This document shows positions 57,885 to 64,000 of a DNA stretch of 64,000 nucleotides, piece by piece. Each line of letters starts with the position of its first letter. Position 1 is the first letter of the stretch. A program made the translations under genes and the position numbers. This DNA comes from a bacterium (lineage in GTDB: Bacteria; UBA10199; 2-02-FULL-44-16; JAAZCA01). A model generated the notes under the pieces. It searched no databases and had not been told where the DNA came from. It worked only from the letters and a program-made list of their open reading frames with translations. The DNA lies in assembly GCA_963674695.2 (NCBI GenBank), contig CAXXGI010000003.1, positions 96,001 through 160,000 on the forward strand, written 5' to 3'.

Positions 57885-60800
57885 TAATCCGCTGGGTATT
57901 AACAATTTTCAGCTCAGGCCCTTCGAGGAGTCGCTGAGGAATACGCTCTACGGCGAGAAGGCGAAGGCCAACACCCCTTCCGAAGAGAGCAATGGTTTCG
58001 ACTGCTCCGGATCGCGCGCGTTTTTGCAGAACATGGGTATCATGGGCGGGCAGAACTTTCAGATGAACGGCCTGCACGGTCAGGATCCTTCGAACGAATG
58101 GTTCCCGGGACGAAAAGGGCAGCAGCAGCTTCCCGGCGGTGCCGGCATCATGGGTGCGAACGTCTTCGGCAACATGGGCATGCCCAACTACGCGCAGGCC
58201 TTCCTCGGCGGTCAGGGCGGCAATGCGCTCATGTCCGGCGGGATGATGGCCGGTGGCCTCGGCGCACCGCAAATTATCCAGACGCCGATGCCGCAGCCCG
58301 CGCAGGGGAGCATCACGCCTCAGCCCTCCTCCCTCAATTTCACGGCGAAGGAGGCCGACCCCGAGGATGAGAAAGACGCCAAGGCGCTCGAGGATGCGCG
58401 CAATGCCTACGCCGATCTGCAGAAGGACTGGGAGCGTCGCGCGGGCGATAAGGATGAGTACGGCTATTCCGGTGATGAGGCCAAGGAGTTCGTGGAGCGT
58501 GCCGCCGGTGCGGCGCTCGAGCGCGCCCAGAAGATCGTCGGCGACGGCGACGAAAAGGCGCTCATCATCCAGCAGCACAAGATCTTCGACGGCATCATGA
58601 AAAAACTGCCGAGTTTCACGCTGCCCGAACCGAGTGCGGAACAGGTGGCCGCTTGGGAGAAGGATGGGCTTGATGTGGAGGCCGAGACAACGAAGATGCA
58701 GGATGCGCACAGGGAGGAATGGACCACCGACTTGACCAAGTGGGAGGTCGAGCAGATTGAGGACTACAACGCCATCGACGGCAACAAAGCCGTGAAAGCC
58801 GTCCGCCAGAGCGCAATGGATCCGGACACGAGCGTGAAGAAGAAGGCGGAGCCGATTGAGGTGGAGGTAAAACGGAGCAAAGGATGGGGCAAGAAGGTGA
58901 GCGAACCATCCTATATCATTACGAAGGCGCCGGAGGGTTCGGGGCTTAAAGGAGGAGACTATGTCTTCTACAAGGCTGATGGGACCTGGGTCAAAGCATC
59001 GAGTAATGACAGTACAACAGCAAGGATTGGAACCGAGATCGAGGTGCTCAAAGATTCTCCGAAACCGTCAACAGATCCGAATGCAACGGCTACACTGAAA
59101 ATGGAAGGCCCCGAAGAAGAGGCCGCCGACACCAACACGGATTCCTACTTCGACGTTGAGTATGCGGGAGTGCGAGAGATCGTGGTGGAGGAAGGTGGCA
59201 AGAAACGCACGGTGCAGGCCGAGGTCTACACCGTGACGGGTGGAATGCTTGCGTCGGGGAAACCTGTTGATCCGAAATCGGTGAATGATGAGGTCTATAA
59301 GGTGGATGGGAAGTGGTATGCAGATCCTGTAACTCGTCCGGATGTGAATACGATCAAACCGTTCTCCGAGTCCGATCCGGATTCCCCCACGCCCAAACAC
59401 GCCGCCAACGAGGGTCGCCTCTACTTCAACCGCGCCTCCGCACGCCACCTCCCCGAGGGCGCCATGTACAAGGACGTGCGCGGCCACATCGACACCGCCC
59501 TCCAAGGTCTCGAAAAGGAAGCCGCCGAAAAGAAAAAGATCCGCCAGGACCGTTACAAGGTCTTCGAGGAACAGTTCAAGGAGTCCCTGCCTGAGGATGT
59601 GCAAGACCTCGTCACCGTCAAGATGGATGACGACGGCACCGTCCAAATCACCTGCTCGCCCGAACACGCAGCGCAGGTCCACACGGCGATGAAACGCGAG
59701 GGTGAAGTGGATGCGCTCGAAAAGATGACATGTACACTCACAAAGGATGGCAAGCCGGATGGTGTGGTGACGAAGTACATATTGAGTCCCGTCCCCAGCA
59801 GTGGTCCGTTGGAGGGCACGAAGTACCTCTATTATGATACAGAAAGTGAAGCGTGGTTTACGGATGCAGATGCGTTACTTGATGTTGCTGACCTGGATGT
59901 AAAGATTCCGAAGATGGGGGAGGAAGCAAAGACCTCTGTCTCCTTTGATGTCGACACAAAGGGAGAGACACTCAAGCCCGTCGATAACAAAAAGATGAAA
60001 TCCGCCTTCGCGGCTCTTCCGGACAAGACGCCCGTTCGCTTCAACGACGAGCTGATGACTCCGGGTGCCGATCCCAAGGCGGCGCTTGCCAAGGAGGCGC
60101 ACGAAGCGCCCCGGGTGATTCATATTGATAGTGAGGCGATGGATAGTGGGTTGAAGGCTGCGAAGAAACCAGATGCAATTGGGAAGGTACTCGCGTTAGC
60201 TGTTGATGATGCAAAAGGCGACGCAAAAAACCTCGAGAGCATCAACCTCGGCACGATCGCACTCCCCACGAAGAAGGACGGGGGTGTGATCACGCAGAGC
60301 GAGTTTGAGGGGATCATCGCCAAGATCGCGAAGGAACACGACATCAATCCTTCGCAGGTGAAATATACGATCAAGGACAAAACTGCCTTCAAGAAGGCGG
60401 AGGCACCCACTGGTGAGATGCTCACCACCAGTGGCGCTGATTTCGGCGATGGCGTGAAGGTCGACTGGAAGCTCCCTGTTGAAACGCAGAAGGCGTTTGA
60501 GAAGGATTATGGAAAGATACAGAAGGACGCCGATGCGCGGTTTAAGGAGATGAAGGCCGATGCGAAGAACCCGAGCCCCGAAAAAATCGTCGAGCTGAAA
60601 AAGCGCGCGACCGTCGAAGCGATCACGATGTGGGCCTACACCTATGCCAAGGAGCGCGGATGGGAAGGACATGAAGACAACGAGGGCGAAGCGCTCTCCC
60701 TCTATGATAACCTGAGTTCCGACAAACCCCTGGGCGAATGCACCGAGCGCACCGCGTTTCTCTATGCCCTCATGAAGCACGCGCAGGAGGAAGGTGTGTT

Positions 60801-61347
60801 ACAGAAAGATCTCGAGGGGGTAGACTTCAAATTCGCCAACGTGACGCGTGTGAATACACAGCTCGCCGTGCACAAAGACGCCAAGCACGTCGCACTCGTG
60901 GCCACAGGTGCGGGTGATGATATGCTCTGCGATATCGCGACACCCTACAAGACGGGCTGGGGTCTGGGCAGTCCGGATGTGACGCCCGATGGACATACGC
61001 TTGATAAGAAGAATCCGACGATGTCGGCCGGTGAGTTTGCTGCAGTTCAGCTCTACAACAAGGCCCTCATCGCACAGGCCAAAGGGGAGGACCCTGCCGA
61101 GGTGGAGCGCTATCACCGCATGGCCCATGCCCTGTCTCCGGATATCGTTCCGGAGGATATGCCCGGCTCCGACAAGAAGGCCGCAGCGGCGATCACCAAC
61201 GGCGTCAGCGATGTCGACGACGATGCCGATGCATCGGCATCGAAGAAGAAACCATCCGCCGCCGAAAGCGACCGCATCCCCGCACCCCCGGGCTTTCAAT
61301 ACAACGACGCCGGCCAACTCATAAAAATCCGCCGCCTCGACGTCTAG
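57877..61347 (+). CDS. Large hypothetical protein (1156 aa) with C-terminal transglutaminase-like domain and TPR-like helix pair
   Basis: LGECTERTAFLYALMKHA...KHVALV...LCDIA; LYNKALIAQAKGEDPAEVERYHRMAHALSPD. Confidence 0.8.
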   Translation: MGNNPLGINNFQLRPFEESLRNTLYGEKAKANTPSEESNGFDCSGSRAFLQNMGIMGGQNFQMNGLHGQDPSNEWFPGRKGQQQLPGGAGIMGANVFGNMGMPNYAQAFLGGQGGNALMSGGMMAGGLGAPQIIQTPMPQPAQGSITPQPSSLNFTAKEADPEDEKDAKALEDARNAYADLQKDWERRAGDKDEYGYSGDEAKEFVERAAGAALERAQKIVGDGDEKALIIQQHKIFDGIMKKLPSFTLPEPSAEQVAAWEKDGLDVEAETTKMQDAHREEWTTDLTKWEVEQIEDYNAIDGNKAVKAVRQSAMDPDTSVKKKAEPIEVEVKRSKGWGKKVSEPSYIITKAPEGSGLKGGDYVFYKADGTWVKASSNDSTTARIGTEIEVLKDSPKPSTDPNATATLKMEGPEEEAADTNTDSYFDVEYAGVREIVVEEGGKKRTVQAEVYTVTGGMLASGKPVDPKSVNDEVYKVDGKWYADPVTRPDVNTIKPFSESDPDSPTPKHAANEGRLYFNRASARHLPEGAMYKDVRGHIDTALQGLEKEAAEKKKIRQDRYKVFEEQFKESLPEDVQDLVTVKMDDDGTVQITCSPEHAAQVHTAMKREGEVDALEKMTCTLTKDGKPDGVVTKYILSPVPSSGPLEGTKYLYYDTESEAWFTDADALLDVADLDVKIPKMGEEAKTSVSFDVDTKGETLKPVDNKKMKSAFAALPDKTPVRFNDELMTPGADPKAALAKEAHEAPRVIHIDSEAMDSGLKAAKKPDAIGKVLALAVDDAKGDAKNLESINLGTIALPTKKDGGVITQSEFEGIIAKIAKEHDINPSQVKYTIKDKTAFKKAEAPTGEMLTTSGADFGDGVKVDWKLPVETQKAFEKDYGKIQKDADARFKEMKADAKNPSPEKIVELKKRATVEAITMWAYTYAKERGWEGHEDNEGEALSLYDNLSSDKPLGECTERTAFLYALMKHAQEEGVLQKDLEGVDFKFANVTRVNTQLAVHKDAKHVALVATGAGDDMLCDIATPYKTGWGLGSPDVTPDGHTLDKKNPTMSAGEFAAVQLYNKALIAQAKGEDPAEVERYHRMAHALSPDIVPEDMPGSDKKAAAAITNGVSDVDDDADASASKKKPSAAESDRIPAPPGFQYNDAGQLIKIRRLDV

Positions 61348-61354
61348 CACCCAG

Positions 61355-61496
61355 CGACACAAACGTGCAAAACCCAACCACCACGAACGGCCTTCGCAGT
61401 GGTCGCCTACGCCCACTTTTCCGCATGCACCGACACAAACGTGCAAAACCGTACCACCACGAACGGCCTTCGTGCTGGTTGGTGGTGACCACTTTT
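61355..61496 (+). repeat. Hairpin doublet (76-bp period), left flank of RAYT
   Basis: Two units containing ACCACCACGAACGGCCTTCG at 61355 and 61431. Confidence 0.85.
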
Positions 61497-61535
61497 GCAG
61501 CAGCACTGCTGCGTTTTTCGGCACCCCTAAAACCC

Positions 61536-61581
61536 TAACCCGTTGATTTACAAGGGTGTGTGCATTGGCCTGTTTCTTGCT
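61536..61581 (+). promoter_or_regulatory. Putative IHF site plus sigma54 promoter of the transposase
   Basis: TAACCCGTTGATT (YAA-N4-TTGATW) at 61536; TGGCCTGTTTCTTGCT (GG-N10-GC) at 61566. Confidence 0.55.
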
Positions 61582-61609
61582 TTTGTCAGCGCGTATGAAA
61601 GGAGGAGGG

Positions 61610-62281
61610 ATGAAGACTATCGAAGAGAAGGGAGAGACCATACACTATCATGTGATTGCGCGGTGTAACAACCGAAGGAGGCGACTGAAGGGGAAGAAGG
61701 ACTGCTATCGGTTCCTTGCGTATCTCAAGGAATACATGTCGAAATACAGTGTCATCATTCATGAATACGTGATCATGCCGTCGCATGTACATATGATTCT
61801 CCAGGTCTTATCGGAGGAGCGCCTCGCCGCGTACATGCATGATGTCTGTCTCGCTTTTTCGCGGTTTTATAACCGAAATCATAATCGAAGGGGACACTTC
61901 TGGAAAAGGCCGTTTTGGCGTCGGCCTATATTGGATGATCGATATGCCATCTGTTGTCTCCGCTATCTTCATCGCAATCCTTTGGTCGCGGGCTTAATCG
62001 GGAAAGCCGAGGATTGGCCGTGGAGCGCGTGTGCAACCTATACGCGGGGAAGATCTAATAAGCTCATTGAGCTTCATCCTTCTTACGGTTTGTTTGGAGG
62101 CACGTTGGAGGAGCGACGGGCGTCGTGGAGAGACATTTTGGCATCGGATCACATTCCCATCGAAGCGGAAAGGATGGTCTTTGATGGACGTGTCAAAACA
62201 GGATCACGAAGATACCGCGCTGCCTATAACGTGGTGACAACAGCGATGATGACGCATCTCTTTCAACGAACGTATCGGTGA
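61610..62281 (+). CDS. REP-associated tyrosine transposase (RAYT; Y1/HUH, IS200-like)
   Basis: YHVIARCNNR, YVIMPSHVHMIL (HUH), RGHFWKRPF, RYLHRNPLVAG (catalytic Tyr), WPWS; GGAGG RBS. Confidence 0.9.
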   Translation: MKTIEEKGETIHYHVIARCNNRRRRLKGKKDCYRFLAYLKEYMSKYSVIIHEYVIMPSHVHMILQVLSEERLAAYMHDVCLAFSRFYNRNHNRRGHFWKRPFWRRPILDDRYAICCLRYLHRNPLVAGLIGKAEDWPWSACATYTRGRSNKLIELHPSYGLFGGTLEERRASWRDILASDHIPIEAERMVFDGRVKTGSRRYRAAYNVVTTAMMTHLFQRTYR

Positions 62282-62291
62282 TGCCGGCAGT

Positions 62292-62433
62292 TGCGCCAAA
62301 GTGGCAAAAACCAACCACCACGAACGGCCTTCGCAGTGGTCGCCTTCGCCCACTTTTTAGCACGCAGTGGCAAAAACGTGCAAAATCGTACCGCCACAAA
62401 CGGCCTTCGTGTTGGTCGTGGGTGACCATTTTT
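62292..62433 (+). repeat. Hairpin doublet (76-bp period), right flank of RAYT; direct repeat of 61355-61496
   Basis: Both units recur at a constant offset of 937 bp with a few substitutions. Confidence 0.85.
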
Positions 62434-62490
62434 TGGCGTGGGGAAAAAAGCGTTGCTATGTGAACCGGGGGTGGCCTAGAGTGCCGGGCC

Positions 62491-63738
62491 ATGGAATGGA
62501 TCATCCCTCTCATCGCCGCTCTGGCGGGTCTCATTGTCGGTGTCGGCGTTCTCTTCATCATTTATAGTCGTCGTTTGAAGGCGTTGGCCGACGCGCGCAG
62601 TGCTATCGAGATCGAGCTGCGCGTTGCCGAGGGGCGCCTGGGCGATGCGCAGCAACAGATGGAGCGCCTGCGCGACGATCATCGCCGTGTCCTGGAGAAT
62701 CTCAAGACCACCTTCAAAGGCGTCTCCGCCGATGTGCTGAAAGAAAGCCGCGAGGAGTTTCTGGCGCAGGCCACACCGAAGCTTGGCGAGCAGATCCGTC
62801 CGTTGGCCGAGGCGCTCGCGCGCTATGATGTGGCCATCCGTGATATCGAGAAGGACCGCAAACAAGCCTATGGCGGGCTCTCCGAGCTGATGCGCCACAT
62901 GCAGGAAGGTCAGCAGCAGCTCACCGATCGCACCGGGTCGCTCGTGGCGGCGCTCAAATCCTCGCAGGCGCGCGGCCGCTGGGGCGAGATGACGCTCAAG
63001 CGCGTTGTCGAGATCGCCGGCATGGTCGAGCACTGCGACTTCGAGGAGCAGGCGACCGTGCTCGGCAACGAGGGGCGCCAACGCCCCGACCTGACCGTGC
63101 GCATGGCGGGCGGCCGCACGATCGTCGTCGACGCGAAGGCGCCGCTCGACGCCTATATGGTCGCGATGGAGACCACCGACGAGCAAGCCCGTGCCACCGC
63201 GATGGCGGCTCATGCGCAGGCGGTGCGCGATCACATCAAGGCGCTCAGCCAGCGCGCCTACTGGAAGCAGTTCGAGAACACGCCAGATTTTGTCATCATG
63301 TTCATCCCCGGCGAATCCTTCTTCTCCGCCGCGCTCGAGCAGGATCACACGCTCATCGAGGATGGCATGAAGAGCCGCGTGATGTTGGCCACCCCCACGA
63401 CCCTTATCGTCATGCTGCGCTCGGTCGCCATGGGATGGAAGCAGGAGGCGATGGCCGAGAACGCGCAGAAGATTTCCGAGGCGGGAAAGACGCTCTTCGA
63501 ACGCGTTTCAACGTTTGCCAAACACTTGAACGGCGTCGGCCGCGGACTCGAAGGCGCGCTGAAACTCTTCAACAAGGCCGTCGGTTCCTGGGAGAGCCGC
63601 GTCATCCCCGGCGCACGCACGCTCCGTGAACTGGGGGCGACCAAAGAGACCGACGCCGCGCTCCCCGAGATCGAACCGGTCGAGACGCTCCCGCGCGAAC
63701 TGCCCGCCCCCGAAGGGGAAGAGGCCATTCCTTCCTAA
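62491..63738 (+). CDS. rmuC: DNA recombination protein RmuC
   Basis: N-terminal TM and coiled coil, RGRWGEMTL, RPDLTVRM, VDAKAPL, FVIMFIPGE, ATPTTL. Confidence 0.95.
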   Translation: MEWIIPLIAALAGLIVGVGVLFIIYSRRLKALADARSAIEIELRVAEGRLGDAQQQMERLRDDHRRVLENLKTTFKGVSADVLKESREEFLAQATPKLGEQIRPLAEALARYDVAIRDIEKDRKQAYGGLSELMRHMQEGQQQLTDRTGSLVAALKSSQARGRWGEMTLKRVVEIAGMVEHCDFEEQATVLGNEGRQRPDLTVRMAGGRTIVVDAKAPLDAYMVAMETTDEQARATAMAAHAQAVRDHIKALSQRAYWKQFENTPDFVIMFIPGESFFSAALEQDHTLIEDGMKSRVMLATPTTLIVMLRSVAMGWKQEAMAENAQKISEAGKTLFERVSTFAKHLNGVGRGLEGALKLFNKAVGSWESRVIPGARTLRELGATKETDAALPEIEPVETLPRELPAPEGEEAIPS

Positions 63739-63741
63739 GGG

Positions 63742-63876
63742 TGTCATTTCCGCAAGCCCAAGATTGTCATCCCCGCGAATGCGGGAATCTCGATTGTTAC
63801 GAAACATCGAGATCCCCGCCTGCGCGGGGATGACAAACAAGGCGGGAATGACAGGCTTGGGTCTGCGGGGATGACA
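63742..63876. repeat. REP cluster between convergent genes
   Basis: TGTCATCCCCGCGAATGCGGGAATCTCG...CGAGATCCCCGCCTGCGCGGGGATGACA plus extra half-units. Confidence 0.85.
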
Positions 63877-63900
63877 AACAAAGCCCAGTTAAGAAAGAAA

Positions 63901-64000
63901 TTACAAAAACACGGAGAGGGTTTCTTTTGCGACGCCGATGCTCACGTTCACGCCGCGCGGAACGATCTGCATGCGGCGGGGTCCGTCGAAGTAGAGCCGG
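63901..64000 (-). CDS. C-terminal fragment of an unidentified gene running off the window
   Basis: Open frame RLYFDGPRRMQIVPRGVNVSIGVAKETLSVFL* with high GC3. Confidence 0.45.
   Translation of the reverse strand, partial: RLYFDGPRRMQIVPRGVNVSIGVAKETLSVFL

Noticed and set aside
61355-62433. Mini-CRISPR next to a nuclease (76-bp period)
   Set aside because: Only two units per side, inter-unit sequence is conserved between sides, and the gene is an HUH Y1 transposase

Overview
High-GC bacterial chromosomal segment. The gene order is deltaproteobacterium-like, which is an inference from synteny only. The housekeeping backbone comprises the pilQ-like secretin C-terminus, gltX, a MEMO1 protein, ilvC, panD, yceD-rpmF-acp-rpiB-glyA-nrdR-ribD/E/BA/H-nusB-ispH-glmM, ffh-rpsP-khpA-rimM-trmD-rplS-rnhB, udp-nupC, ogt, comEC, a CheB/CheR-PAS kinase with its receiver, mltD-like, dacB, an opp-like ABC system, nagZ and rmuC. 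Large orphan ORFs are interspersed and intergenic spaces are crowded with palindromic repeats. No rRNA, tRNA or CRISPR array was seen. Main observations: (1) a bipartite motif RCAACTTTT-N10-12-GCCGATAW, with a sigma28-type -10 and a non-canonical -35, lies just upstream of 6-7 scattered orphan genes and was not seen before housekeeping genes, suggesting a hidden regulon. (2) One member is a 923-aa protein with about five ~95-aa tandem repeats fused to an RpoD-like sigma domain that lacks the Trp dyad. (3) The acyl carrier protein has Thr in place of its phosphopantetheine Ser, and the usual plsX/fab neighbours are missing on both sides. (4) A RAYT-type HUH transposase has a sigma54/IHF-like promoter and is flanked by ~140-bp direct-repeat hairpin doublets. 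(5) Two ~150-nt structured elements 45 kb apart show a compensatory base change. (6) Two large proteins carry transglutaminase/papain-like Cys-His-Asp triads. (7) REP-like palindromes are nested inside MITE-like ends. All calls come from manual reading; no searches were run.
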